DNA of 64,000 nt. It comes from Gordius albopunctatus. Taxonomy: Eukaryota. Position numbers and translations under genes: made by a program. Shown in pieces: positions 28,646-54,964 of this stretch. The notes below the pieces were generated by a model that saw nothing but the letters and a program-made list of their open reading frames with translations, was not told where the DNA came from and made no database searches. The number at the start of each line of letters is the position of its first letter. Position 1 is the first letter of the stretch. Where the stretch lies: contig OZ193909.1 of the NCBI GenBank assembly GCA_964276515.1, forward strand, positions 15,996,001 through 16,060,000, written 5' to 3'.

Positions 28646-31423
28646 CTATTTATAATCTTTTCCACTAGAATCTGAAATGGATAATTCATCGTATTCCCTT
28701 AATATCATCGGAATCGTGTTGACTATGGGATTTTCTTGTAATTCTGGTTCTTTCAAGAAAATTTCACCCAAATTATCTTTGTACATCTGAAAGTGACTAT
28801 CACGTTTAGCCTCTGTACAAGTTTGTGGATCCAAATTTTTCGTATTTTCCAATTTTATATTGTGTTCTACAAAATTTTCAGACGTCATGTTATTCATGTC
28901 ATAACCGGATGTAGCTAACTCGTCATAGTTGTAATTTTCGTGGTAAATGGGATAAGGTGTGACTAAAGATTCAGTGTATTCCTGACTTCTTACATTATTT
29001 ATATTGTCCGTGTTCAATGAGTTGTTGTTTGATGAGTCAAATGAATGTGACCTCTGATCATTTGTCAAATCATTTTGAAAATTATCACCAAGTTCTTGAA
29101 AAGGAAGATCGGCATAATTATCGGAGATTGAGGAATTGTTCAAACTTTCTCGCACATCATTTTCGATTGATTTAACTTTGATATTTTTTTCTTTTGCTAA
29201 AATATTGTCTTCGCGATGACTTTCATTACCTTCGTTATCGTACACATACTCTGGGCTATAGTTCAAAAACTCTCTTTTAAACTTTGCGGCTAAACGAGAT
29301 GTTTGCCAGTATTTGAAGGCTAATGCAATGGCTACAATAACGAGAATTATTATAAAAAACAAGAGCAAATTTAAAGCAATGTTTGAGCTGTTGCTGGTCT
29401 TCTTAACTCGTTCATCGCGTAATACCTGTTCAGTAGTAATAATATATATCTTTATAGTTGTTTTAGGTTGATTATGCGTCAAAGCGGTTAAAGGTAGATA
29501 GGATTTAGGCTCGCGAGATGGAAAACATAAAGAATTATTTAGAATGAGATCATTAAAAGTTACGAAATTTCCTTTTACGTTTGGCATTGTGCCGCATTTG
29601 TACATACATGTGGAGTTTAATATCATAGAATAATTAGGGAACCATACCAATCCATTAATAGTAACTTCGTTAACTATGGTCATGTTTAGTAGATATTTTG
29701 GCAACTTAATTAAATCCTCTAGAGTACAATTTAGCGGATTACCGATAATGCTCAAATATTTAATTTGATAAAATGTTTGCGGAATGTCCTCTATTTGATT
29801 ATTATGTGCCAACATGTATTTCATTTTTTCCAAAAATTGCATATTGGGTATTGCTGATATTGAATTTCGGGAAACATCTAATATTTCCAATTTATGCAAG
29901 TTGTCAAACGTTCCTGCATTCAAAACTGTTAATAAGTTGTTCGAAACATTTATAGCCCTTAACGCTTCATTGTTTTGAAATGCAGTAGGGGATAATACTT
30001 CTATTTTATTATTACTAATATCTAATGAAATCAATCGATGGCTTTTTGGCATATATTCCGGCGTAAAATATTTAATAGTATTTTCATTGAGGCTGTAGGA
30101 ATGTATATCATTAAAACATTCAAAATATGGTCCTTCAACATCAAAAGTTAGATTATGTAATTTTAAGAAGGACGATATTCGGCATAACTCGCTATTGACA
30201 AAGTTTGAGTCAATTGTGATTTTAATTAAAAAGATTGAATTGTAATCGTAACTTTCACTCAGGTCACTTTGAATGCTGGTTAACCACGTATTTTTACAAA
30301 TTAATGTTTTGATCGAATCTTTTACTTCACATTCTGCGGGAAGTTTTGATGGCTTACAGTGAAGCTTATCTTCAGTTATATTTAAAAGTGACAAGTAGTT
30401 ATATGGCTGTCGTTCATACCTACATTTTGTTTCTTGCACATCTGTTAATTGCTCCAAACTTAGTTTAGCATTAACCCTGGTAAACCATTTAAGATAAGAT
30501 GTTATAAATGGCCTTAAACGACATTTACATGTCAAAGGATTGCCTAATATCGAAAAATTTAATAGTTGGGTTGAGGATATGATATCGCTTGATAAAGTTG
30601 TTATATTGTTGAATTGCAAAAACAATACTGTGAGAGATTCGTAATTTTTTATGTAAAAACTAGATAATTTATTAAAACTCAAGTCTAGTAGCTCTAACGT
30701 AAGCAGAGATTTATCCTTGTACTGGGTTGAGTCGTATTCCACCAATAAATTGTGCTCAACATGCACATGTTTTAGCGTATTAAAGTCCAACAACCAATTT
30801 TCTGGTAAAACTCGAATTCGATTCCAACTTAAATCTATCATTCTTATGTAAATTGAATTTTCAAATATATTGCTAGGAAAAGTCTTTATGGAGTTGTGCG
30901 ACAGATTTACTAGGTCTAGATTAGAAATCGAGGCAAAAGATCGGTCATCTATATATGATATTTTGTTAAATGATAAATCAAATTCGACTACAGCCGACTC
31001 ATTAAAGTAATCCCCTAATATTTTAGGCATATTGCCATTACTAATCACTATGCGGTATAAATTTCTATAAAGCTTAAATTTCTCTTTTATACCATATAAA
31101 AAGTTGTGTTCTTTGATCCTAAGCGTTTGCAAATTGTTATTCTCGATCCACTGGCAATTGATAGATTGCAGGCTTAACTTTGTCAATGGCGGATGGTACC
31201 ATTGAAAATTATTTAAATTCTCGCATGTGGAATTAAAAATTCCAGCTTCCCTTCCAAACGATGGCATGTTATCAATGATGACGCTTTCGAAACTTAACTT
31301 TTTCTGGATTAAAGCTTTCAGTTGACTCAAGGTCGACGAATTATCACACATAAGTGTTGTATCTTTTACAAGACATTGTTGGCTCAAAGCTACTAAAACT
31401 GAAAGAGCATAAAAGAATAACAT
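28646..31423 (-). CDS. Intronless type-I membrane LRR protein (925 aa) with two LRR/LRRCT blocks and no TIR domain
   Basis: Signal peptide, LxxLxLxxN repeats, LRRCT motifs GNPLTCKC and GNPLNC, TM segment LNLLLFFIIILVIVAIALAF, and a ~220-aa acidic/Asn-rich tail. Confidence 0.9.
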   Translation of the reverse strand: MLFFYALSVLVALSQQCLVKDTTLMCDNSSTLSQLKALIQKKLSFESVIIDNMPSFGREAGIFNSTCENLNNFQWYHPPLTKLSLQSINCQWIENNNLQTLRIKEHNFLYGIKEKFKLYRNLYRIVISNGNMPKILGDYFNESAVVEFDLSFNKISYIDDRSFASISNLDLVNLSHNSIKTFPSNIFENSIYIRMIDLSWNRIRVLPENWLLDFNTLKHVHVEHNLLVEYDSTQYKDKSLLTLELLDLSFNKLSSFYIKNYESLTVLFLQFNNITTLSSDIISSTQLLNFSILGNPLTCKCRLRPFITSYLKWFTRVNAKLSLEQLTDVQETKCRYERQPYNYLSLLNITEDKLHCKPSKLPAECEVKDSIKTLICKNTWLTSIQSDLSESYDYNSIFLIKITIDSNFVNSELCRISSFLKLHNLTFDVEGPYFECFNDIHSYSLNENTIKYFTPEYMPKSHRLISLDISNNKIEVLSPTAFQNNEALRAINVSNNLLTVLNAGTFDNLHKLEILDVSRNSISAIPNMQFLEKMKYMLAHNNQIEDIPQTFYQIKYLSIIGNPLNCTLEDLIKLPKYLLNMTIVNEVTINGLVWFPNYSMILNSTCMYKCGTMPNVKGNFVTFNDLILNNSLCFPSREPKSYLPLTALTHNQPKTTIKIYIITTEQVLRDERVKKTSNSSNIALNLLLFFIIILVIVAIALAFKYWQTSRLAAKFKREFLNYSPEYVYDNEGNESHREDNILAKEKNIKVKSIENDVRESLNNSSISDNYADLPFQELGDNFQNDLTNDQRSHSFDSSNNNSLNTDNINNVRSQEYTESLVTPYPIYHENYNYDELATSGYDMNNMTSENFVEHNIKLENTKNLDPQTCTEAKRDSHFQMYKDNLGEIFLKEPELQENPIVNTIPMILREYDELSISDSSGKDYK

Positions 31424-31716
31424 GCAGTCATAACCATAGGACTTCGTGACGTATAGCGACGTTTAGTCAAAGTGCCATCGGTAACCGAATATAACATATA
31501 GATATGTGTACAATTTATATAAGAAATATATTAATATTAAAACATTATTTAAAGAAATTTTCATTGTTGACTCATTCGTTACTAGCTCTACTCAAGTTCA
31601 ATCATGTTAAGCTTTATCATTAACAACCATTGCACAAACTTAAGTTTTGATAAATTTAGAACATCCTGTTCTTTTAAAAGCTCTTATTTTTATTGAAAGT
31701 CCTTATAAAGATAAGC
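31424..31716. promoter_or_regulatory. Putative bidirectional promoter between the divergent LRR genes
   Basis: Only 293 bp separate the two ATGs. AT-rich core tttatataag at ~31514. Confidence 0.45.
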
Positions 31717-32628
31717 ATGTTTTTATTCGCACTCTTTTTCATAACATATTTCTACTATTTTGTCAACGCCGAGTCGGATATTTGTAAAATAGTTGAACCC
31801 CAAATTAAAAATCATTGTAGCTGTGTCTATAATGAATACAATGTCATGTGTCAAAATATAAGACCAAATATGACACGACTTATTGGAAAATATTTTGCGA
31901 ATAAAGATATTATATATAAAAGTATTGTTTTCATAGACGGTAAAATTGGACATATTGGAATAGACACTTTTAATGGCTTAGATACGAAGCGATTGGTGAT
32001 TGATAATGCAAAAATAATCACAATAGCTGCTGACGCCTTCAAACATTGTTGTTACAGCCTACATTCACTCACCTTTGTCAATTCCCTATCCGATATCCCC
32101 TTAGATTTCTTATTCCCTCTACATTCCTTGCAATTCCTCAAATTGAATCAAAACAGAATTACATCTTTAAGAAGTTCCTCTTTACGCGAGAAAAGACAAA
32201 TGTCTAACTTATCGAGCATAGACGTGAGAAACAACGCTTTAGACACTATCAAGATAGACCTGCTCACCACCTTTCCAGCACTCGAAATATTTTTGTTTTC
32301 GGGAAATCCGTGGAGATGCGCTTGTCAACTAAAAAATCCACGCAAAAACGTCCTAAAATGGCTAGCAGGCGTCATGAAAACTAAGCATTTTACGGAAGAA
32401 GAGAAGCACGACTATTCAGAAGCTATCTGCAAATCTCCCGATTGCGGAGACCGATTCGCACCATTCTTCTCTAACGCACTTGATGTATGCCCTAACACCG
32501 TGTACATGGAACTTTTTAACAAGCACACCTACGCCAACATTTACTTCAAATTTGCAATTCTGTTTCTGCTGGTAGTTATAAAAATTGGTCACTCGCTCTA
32601 CAAATCTTGCTATAGTAAGATATCATGA
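31717..32628 (+). CDS. Intronless short LRR membrane-anchored protein (~303 aa)
   Basis: ATG at 31717 starts the signal peptide MFLFALFFITYFYYFVNA. LRRNT-like C..CSC..C, about 5-6 LRRs, LRRCT GNPWRCAC..C, and C-terminal hydrophobic FKFAILFLLVVI. Confidence 0.88.
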   Translation: MFLFALFFITYFYYFVNAESDICKIVEPQIKNHCSCVYNEYNVMCQNIRPNMTRLIGKYFANKDIIYKSIVFIDGKIGHIGIDTFNGLDTKRLVIDNAKIITIAADAFKHCCYSLHSLTFVNSLSDIPLDFLFPLHSLQFLKLNQNRITSLRSSSLREKRQMSNLSSIDVRNNALDTIKIDLLTTFPALEIFLFSGNPWRCACQLKNPRKNVLKWLAGVMKTKHFTEEEKHDYSEAICKSPDCGDRFAPFFSNALDVCPNTVYMELFNKHTYANIYFKFAILFLLVVIKIGHSLYKSCYSKIS

Positions 32629-33999
32629 ATTAGTTGAAGTGTTTATTCGCTTCCAACCTTATTTTCATCATGGGATTATATTTAAGTTTAGGAATAGCAT
32701 TAGAGTCAGGGTTAGAGTCAGGAATACGGTTAGGATGAGCTCTAAAGTAATTTGTGCATGACCTCATAGTTAGTGATGGAAAAAATCTAGGGTTTGACGA
32801 CCTTTATGGTAGGTTTTTTCCATCACTAGTTGAGGAAAGGTTATAAAAAGACAATTAGTGGGCAGGAATTTAGGAATGCTGGCACCTTTTTTAAACAAAG
32901 TACAGAATTTAATCTACGTAATCTATTTCTAAGTTAATTCCTACAAGTGATGGATAACCATGCTTGCAGGGTAATTAAAATATTTTTTAAAATATTTGTA
33001 TCTAATTATTTATATTCTGTATTCAATAAGGGGCGGGGGAGAGTTGGTTTGGGATCAGGCAAATTAAAAAACAGTGGGATCAAGCTGAACTTGGGACGAT
33101 AAACTCTCATTATAACTAATTATTGCAGTGTTAATAAATTAAGGAAACCGGTGTGAGCATATATGTTACCAGGTCTCCACCCAACAAACCTTACGCTATG
33201 TTTCCTCTCAGTCCTTCTTTAATTGCAGAGCAAATAAACTGTTTTTCTACGAACTATAGAAGAGCCTAGTTTAAAACTCAGGGCACCGGGGCGCTAGGAA
33301 ATATTACAAAAATTAAAATTAGTTTATCCAATAAAATTAAAAATTTCGGATAAAATTATTAATATTTTTATATGCTTCGATTACAAATATCAATATGACA
33401 AATCGGTTAAAATATTAACCTGTTGCTAAACACTTATTCTTAGAACTAAATATCGGTCACACAGCAAGATTTTTTGACAACATCGAATTGGAATACAGCC
33501 AAAGCATAACAGCCAAAACCTTTAAGAAATATTAAAAGGCTTCGATTTATAGCTATTACTATTTGTACATTTGTTTATATGTAATAGTTAATGTAACATA
33601 AATAGGTCTTTTTAATTTTTATGAAATTTCGCAAATAAATTTGATTTATTTTTGTTTAATCGTTTCATTAACCCGTCAATATCAAAAGCAATGGATATTT
33701 TTTTCGTCTAAAAAAGATTAAAAGTTTAATTTTTCTAGGATAGAATAAATTACCAAGCAGAGAATTATAGATTATTTAAATTTATTTAAATTATACCTTC
33801 ATTCTATATAGTCCTGCTAATCTATAAAATTAAGTTAATACATATTTAATATAAGGTAAAGAGTTTAAATAATTACTTCCAAAATATGATACATATAACG
33901 TAATCTTAACGCAATTATGATAAGAAACAAATTTTGCTGAGGGTATCATTGAAGATCTATTAATCAAAGTAGACTGGTTAAATAAACATCATACATCCT

Positions 34000-35130
34000 C
34001 TAACAAACATTTCTGACTTTTTCAAGCAAAATTTTGAAAGTGTATGCGTAAATATTCGAAAAATATGGTGTAAAAAGTTGGTGGAATATTAGAGACCGGG
34101 CAGCGCTGGCTGATTTCTGTAAAAGTTGAATGACGGCTAGTCAAAAGATCCAGAGTATGAGGTAACAATAAGTATAAAAATATTTGAAGGTAGGAAGGCT
34201 TGGTATTTGGCCGTTTTAAGGGCTTCGGCAAGTGTCCGAGCATTATAATTTTAGTTGGAAGTTGCTAAAATGTCTATAAAAGTGAGATCCAATTTAAAGG
34301 GTAGCTGTGGGTTTGCATCCTTCCTTCCAACGAAGGGTCAGACGGCTCTAAAACGTAGGGGGTATAGCTTTTTAAAAAGCGGCCTGATTAAGGGTATTAA
34401 CTTTTTCGTGCCTGATGTATTGAAATTAATTAAAAAGGCAGTGTAGATGGTGCCTTGATTAGATGACTACTTGCTGGGACCGGTTGCGGCAGGAAAATTA
34501 TCGTGAATTCTTAGTCTAAGGGCGATGGAGTATGAGAGCTCAGGGTCCCCCAATCTCAACCAACAAAGTGAACTTGGATAAGCTTCTAGCCATTAATGGC
34601 CCGATCCGTCAAAAACCAAAGATTTTAGGTTGAAGTGCTGGCGGACGTCTCTGCACGATAAGAGGGCATCCCAATCCTTTGTCTTGAGGTGAAGGAGGTC
34701 CCTGGATTGTGGTTGGCAGACCAGACAACTAGAGCTAGTAGAAAAGATGATTCCTCGCTTGGTGTAATTAATCTGATAAAAACATGGGCGGATTTATTGG
34801 AAGATGAAGGCGGCCAATGAGATTGAGCCAGCTGGGTGTATGCCCAAGCCGCCTGCTTTAGTGGGTAATGAGGCTTGGAGCCACGAGGAAGTGCTGAATT
34901 TAATGTGGAGGATTGTCAGAGAACTTCTCTTAAAGCTATCGTAGCTTTATAAGATATCAGGAAGTAGAAAATCAGATGGGAAACGAAAACATTGGATTTT
35001 AGAGATATTGAAATAATATTTAATGATGTAAAAATAAAATGCATGGGGAGAAGTTCCATCTTTGTTAAATGATTATTTATAATTCTTCTAATGCGGTTTG
35101 GCCGCCGCCTATTGGAGAGCCCAGATGTGG
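34000..35130 (-). mobile_element. Decayed CRE-like non-LTR retrotransposon related to 2430-3710
   Basis: Minus-strand remnants ASLPTKAGGLGI, FDGSGH*WLEAYPS, ELSYSIALRL and VLEPSDP match the copy at 2.6-3.3 kb. Confidence 0.75.
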
Positions 35131-36331
35131 AAAACAAAGCTCTCCATTTACACTTTTAAAAAGGATGGGGGAAAAGGTATCAGGGCACTGAAATATCTCG
35201 CTTTTTCTTCAAATGGCCATTAAAATGCTTAAAAACCTAAAAAAAACTAATAAGCACTTCAAGTGGGGCGAAAAATATACATGTTTTTGGGGCTACCAAT
35301 TACATTATTCACATATACTAATAATACAATAAACTGACGAACAGCTGTTTTTTGCCTAAAATTTTATTAATTAACATATGCCGCCATTTTGGCGAGATGT
35401 TCAAAAATTAGATAAGGTCGTTAATAATTTTTTCCCAATGGATTTATTTCTATTGATAAGTAAGAAATATTTGTGAAAAGTTATATGATTCCCTTATTAT
35501 GTAGTCAGAATTTAATAACTTAAAATAATAATATTACTTTTACCGATATTAGATTCTCAAATATGTTAAGTTCTATACAATTCTAACTATTTACAATTTA
35601 AATTTCCTTCACCTCAAAGTTTTAATTTTTCCCTTATTGAAGACTTTTGTTAAGTAATTTTAGCTAAAAATAAATTTTTGAAAATAAAAATAACATGGCC
35701 TCTTTTGTCAGTCTGTCTATGTAGTCTAAGTATTAAACAATTTCCCATGACATTAAAATGATATAAAGTCCAATCAAATTAAAGTTAAATAGCATGTGTT
35801 TCATGGCAAAGAAGTTTATTGAATACTTTCACAAGCTCTAAACTATAAATACTACGATACATGAAAACATTATAATAGTTGATGGCATGAATATTATGGT
35901 AAACAGTAGATTTTTAAAAATAATATGCAGGTACGTTAGTTGTTTAACAACTGTCCGCAAATAATAAGAGAACAATATATATGATGAAATAGAATGCCAT
36001 GAAAGGGTATAATTAATATTATATTGCATGAAGAGTAAAGAAGTAGTGTATGAACTAAAAAACATAAGAAAGTTGCAATCGTTAAATTGATTAAACTTAA
36101 TGGATGTTATGACATATATAAAATAATTATACTAGAAATAGTAATTTTAAAAAATAGCTTAAAGTTCGAAATGGGTAAAAACGGTGGCGTTCCTCCTTAG
36201 TTTTGATTATTTTATGTACGGGATTTTTCTCTCGTTAGTAAGCTTATCTATAGGTTAATATATATATATATATATATAAATATTGTAATGCGTATTTTTT
36301 AAATAAGTTGTAATTATTTCAATAGAGGTAT

Positions 36332-49241
<12,910 letters not shown>

Positions 49242-52200
49242 TGTTTCGTGTATAACTTACTGGCTTATTTACTGTCGGTTAAAGGGTAACGTTTGTATAG
49301 AATTTTCTTTAGATGAAGATTTCAATAATTTGATAATTCGCCTTTATATAGAAAATAGAAATTGTTGAATATGAAATTGCTCAATTTGCTTTATACTCAC
49401 AAAAAGTATATAAAGGTCTTAGAAAGAATCAAAAATCTATAATTCGATACCTAGACTAAGGTGTTAGCTGATAAATACGCGATGGTGTAAAATAAATTAA
49501 GATATGAAAGTAAATGCGTGGATTCAGAATGGCAGTATACTAGATTGTTTTTCAGTTGGAAAAATTCGATTATTCGAGATTATAATGTAGCAAGGCTTAT
49601 GAATATATATGTACAAATTAATTGACACTAAAATATCACGACAAAAATTTAAAATGACAACCTAATACCGCTACAAATCGTTCGACAAATTTCACTATAA
49701 GTTGAGCATTATGTGCAAAAAGATCTAGCGCTTTTTATTATCGCTAAACACACACACATTTTGAAAGTCATTATTAAATTCAACAAGGACGCCTATTTTC
49801 TGCGTCAATCACAGGCTCTAAATGTTGAAAAATTTTGCCGATGACCTTAGTTACAAAAGCTTATCATGATAAATTTAATTTTTTCATTTGATTTATGGTT
49901 ATTGAATCATGGAATTTCATGTTGTCATTAACCGACCACCTTGAATTTGCCATATGCTTGATGACAGTTACTAAAGATTTTTGCGCCTTTTCAACACGCT
50001 CAAGAATATAGTATTAGCCTCGAAATAAGTTATAATGGCATTTTAAGCAAAACCGCACATCATTTGTAATTTGAGTTAAATTATGTCAATTGAGATAATT
50101 ACAATGTAAAATACTTTTGTTCTAATTTTCTGCTAACTCATAAGAAAGTCACTTTACTTTAAGCGTGCCCTTGAGAGTAGGGCGATATCATAGGACCTTA
50201 ATTTTTTATATTATATGATAAATGTTAAAAGGTTCGTAAAATTTAGCTATTTGCCCTTTTAAACTCCAATTTCACATATGCAATAAATCAATTACAATCA
50301 AAACCCAAAATGATTTTTAAATTTATTAATTGTCTAAAGGTCCTTGTAATAGTAAAATTATCTAGGAAAAAATGAAAGCGCATTGTTATAAAAAGGTTAA
50401 ATATATATTCCATAAATGAAGCAATAGTTCTAACTTTGGTAAGGTTCCGACCGAATCGTCCAAGGTTAAATGACGGATAAAATTTATCGAAATTTATGAT
50501 GAAGAATATTAGGGAGAGAGCGGAAAGAAAAAGTAATGTGTGTGTTGTTTGTTTTGCTACAAAAACAGGATTATCAAACAGAGATTATTGATAGATTTAC
50601 AGCTTTAAAATAATAATGCGAGAGCGGCTCCGGTATTGATTACTTTCTCTTTCCGATCAGTTAGTTTAAGGAAGGAAAAGCACACGATGGTACTACACTA
50701 CACTAGATGAATAATTTTCTAATTTTATTTTTCCCCCGAAATATATTTTTATTTGCACGAATCAAGAAGGGATGGATGCAAACAATATCAAAGAAATTTT
50801 ACAGGAAAAAGATGCAATAGCTAATAATAATAATCGATGGTGATTGCATGTGCTCCGGGGTCAAATGTATCCTTGCCTATGGTGGGAAGGAGCATGCTAA
50901 TTCTGAAGAACAAAACAGTTGCCATTTTTAACCCATAAATAAGCTTAACCCCGCGCCACCTTTCTATGCTGTAAAATTAAGTCGTAACCATATCATACAG
51001 TTAATTCCGTTTTTAGGGTAATCGGTCTTGAGCTAAAAATCTCTTACAACACATGGTTATTGAAACTCTATCAGAACTAGCAGAAACGATGTTGGTGTAA
51101 ACTTTAGGGAAATTGGGTTGCTTAAAACGCCTTCCAGAAGAAATAGATCAAAGAAAATAGGACTTCAGTCAGTGCTGTATCTAGTGAATCAATCTTGTAA
51201 ACTCTTGCGTTAGTTAGCATTAATTGAAGTTTGTTTATGAATATTAAATATGATGCCTGCTTGTATTTACAATTTTTTTTACAGATTATTAATTAAAAAC
51301 AAATGTATATTTTGTAAAAAATTTTTTTCCATAATTAAAAGTTTATTTCCAAATAATTAAGTATGTTGTATGCAAAAATGTAAATTATATATTTTTTCGG
51401 TTTATAATAATTTTTAATTTCTCTATAGAATCGATTTTATGTTACGGTTCCTAATTTGTATGTAGCAATGACTAATCTCCAATCGAGATGGGGTTTAAAA
51501 TAGTAGTTTATGATTCATTTAATCATTTACGTCATATTATTGATGTTTCTCACGTGATTTTGAAATTTAAGCAAGAATACTTTTGTGTCCCTTAAACATT
51601 CAATTTATTTGGTTAGGAAATATAATTGATTAATTGTTAAAAATGTTAAAATTTTTGGGCGTGTTAAATCACCTGATTTGATTTATTAAAAGTTCGCCTC
51701 TTTTTTTAAAATTAAGTAGGTAATATACTTTAATTCTTGTCATAATAAATTAATACTAAAATGTAATTTTATTAATTGCTAATAATTTTATTTATTTTTA
51801 AGTAAAAAAAATAATTTGTTCAAAAAACCCCATGTAAAAAAACCTATTACGTCCATTAAAATCTTCGTACAAAGCAGCTTAACAATTTAGATTGATCGCT
51901 AAACTTGCAAACGCAAACCGCTACCTCTTGCAATTTATTATTTAGCCTTTTAATTAAATTAGTCGTTTTATTACTTCGAATACCTATAATATATTTTTAT
52001 AAGCTTTAATAAGTTCTAAAAATATTTTGGTAGTTTTGAGAATTGAGACATTTAGCCGATGGCCTAGAAATTCATAAAATTTTGTTTAAAAATTCCAACT
52101 TTAAATAAATCGTTTAAAGATCCGGTCTTTCCGAGGGGAGGAGAAATCTTTAAATCTCTGTTCAACCCCATAATGGAAACTTTAAACAATATATCAAAAT

Positions 52201-54964
52201 AAATTATTACTCTCCTCGAACCAGGTTTAATATTATGCTTAAATCTTTTATAAAAAAAACTTTATCTCCTCAGCTTTAAGGTCTAATAAATTAGAGTTGA
52301 GCGTGCAAGGCCCATCATCACTCAGTTTTACACACGTTTGACACTGATTTTACCATCACATTGATAAAAGGCCGTTCCCGATAATATTAATATGCGTAGA
52401 CAACAAATGGGGGCCACGCGTCTGTTATTAGCCTAGAAGTCAGGCCCTGGGAACACAAAGGCAAAATGAATGAGGAGTGCATATGAAATGCGAAAAAATG
52501 AAATTAAAATATCTTGTGTAAAGGATTTAACTTTTCCTTTCCCCCATCCCTCCCGAAATCAATAAGATCGATTTTAATTTTGCTGCAAGAGAAACAGAAG
52601 GTCGAGCTCCATATAAGGGAATCTCTGCACCAGGCACCTCCTCCCCTCTCTCCTTAGGATTATGATATAACTCTGGCAGTGGGAATATTTGAAATTGATT
52701 ATTATTTCTCGCAAATCTCGAGGTTCGTTCGAATCGGCTAATGTTTTGGCAAAAAAAGTATACGTATTTGATGCGTATGTTTGTGGATTGTGTATACTGG
52801 AAATTCTTCACATTATGAGGAGAGAGGCATCTTATGGAAATATTGCCAATGCTTTATAGTAAAGTATGGTTATATGTTGCTCGGGTATTAATTGCTATGC
52901 AATTTTAGGGCTCACTTTTGTGGTATTGTGATGGGTAGGGCAGGGCGACTAAAGCCTATCATCATTATATTGGCTTCTTTAAGAGGGATCGACTCGAGGT
53001 TAATTCCTTTTTTTTAATTTACTTAAACCAGTAAATTCCCACAGTGTTTCTGAAAAATCTAGGGGGAGAATGTAAGTATTATCTTTTATCTAATTGAATG
53101 ATCTGGATTCACTATAGTTATTGCGAAACGACAATTTTGGGGAAGGGCAGATATACCGCATGCCGCTTAAATGTAGTGGAAAAAAATAAAATTCGTCAAA
53201 TAACAAATGATGCCCCCCAAAAAAGCATAGAAAAGTCTTAAAAATATGACAAATTAGAATATGAGGATGCATAAAAATCGACTTTTTTACCCAAAACATT
53301 TTTATTACACTAATTGTTAGAAATTTCACAGCAATTAATATAAACTTTTCCGTAAAATGGATGTATTTTGAAAGGGGCTTGAATAATACGAATATTGGGG
53401 AAAGAATATCAACATAGTCTTATATTAGAAACACCATGAACTTAAATAAAATATTTAGCCTTAAAGCTTGCCCTTATTTAATACTATAAAGAAACATTAA
53501 TTAGCGAGTTATCAATAAATATAAAAAGTCATCTCTATCGTAATTAACACTGAATGAATGGGGAAAGGCAGGGCAAGTGATGTCTTCCCAAAAAAATGTT
53601 AAAATATTAACTTAAATTAATGTAAATTCTTTAAGACTACTCATTTGCTCCCCTTATTAAACTTTATCCTCTTTAGGAACTTAATTTGCCTAATTGAACT
53701 ATGAGCAAACAACCTTTCCTCTTAGGTTTAGGCAAATCACAATAGCTAAATGCAATCACTCAATTTGACATAAATTCGTTTGATAGTTCATTATTAGTAT
53801 TAAAATATTCATATTAAAACGCCAAAATTGACCAAAAACCTTTATAGAGTTTGGCCAAAATTGTTTGTACCCAAGCCTTTTTCATTGTTATAAATAGTCT
53901 TTCAGCTAGGACACACATTAAATTAATTTGTGAAGCAATAAGAATTTATTAGCAATGTTCAATGATAAACCATTATGTGAGACGGGATAATATAAATTAG
54001 GATACCCAGACACTTATCAAAATCAGAATGGAAACTATCAATTAATGAAAAGAATTGATCATTCTATGGCTAATTATATCAATAAATAAAACTTCAAAAA
54101 ACGGAAAAATTGTAATAGAATAGTAATATAACTAGGCCAGTGTTGGCACCCAATTCGAAACTAACAAATAAAAATGGGTCAATGGGTCATACAAATGGTG
54201 AGCTATTTTAAATTGGGACTCTTATATGTTTGTTTCATTCCTTGCAAGAATAATAATTGAGGATCGAAACTTATTTTAAACTTAATATCTAACAGGTGCT
54301 TTCGAGCTTTCGATATTATGTAAATAAAATAAAAAGTAATGAAAGGTATTTCAGTTGTATTTATTAATCTCATCGAAAAAGTTTTTAAGCTCATAGTTTG
54401 AAAATAAATTTTTAACACCCTACTTGACATGAGTTTGCCCCGAAACATTTTGTCCAAAGATCCCTGCCATTTTTACCATTTAAAGGTGTAAAAATAACAA
54501 TAAAACAAATTTGAAAATCGCTTTAATAACTTATTATAATATAATATAGGCATTTGTAATCACAAAAATCAAAATATAAGAGTGATGTAGTTAAATGAGA
54601 CGTATGGCTTTTCATTATATGTCTTTTGAACGTGAAGCCCATTAGAACAATATTCAAAGCTTTTCTATCAAGTTATTAAATTTTGTCTATCCAGCCGTTA
54701 AAAAAGCCAACTTTTATTTCATTTTTATTGGTCCCTAATTATTAAATTATTCTTATAACAAAAATTTTTGTAACCACGTATAATGTATTATCAAAACTCG
54801 CTTTATTTTTTTTATTATCTTAGTTATTACTTATTATGTAATAAACTTAAAATAATAGCCTTAAACTGTTCAAATATTTACACATTTTTGACACTATAAC
54901 CTGAATATCTAACGCATAACGTTTAACTATTTCTATAGCTCATAGGGTCAGTTATTTTTGTGTA

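Noticed and set aside
31693..31716. TTG start for the small LRR gene given by the ORF track
   Set aside because: In a eukaryote the ATG at 31717, which begins the signal peptide, is the likelier start.
32700..32735. Telomere-like ggttag repeats
   Set aside because: Only 2-3 degenerate units at an internal position.
50440..51200. Coding-like stretch upstream of Mhc
   Set aside because: Stops in the frames I read and no recognisable motifs. It may be a decayed element but cannot be assigned.
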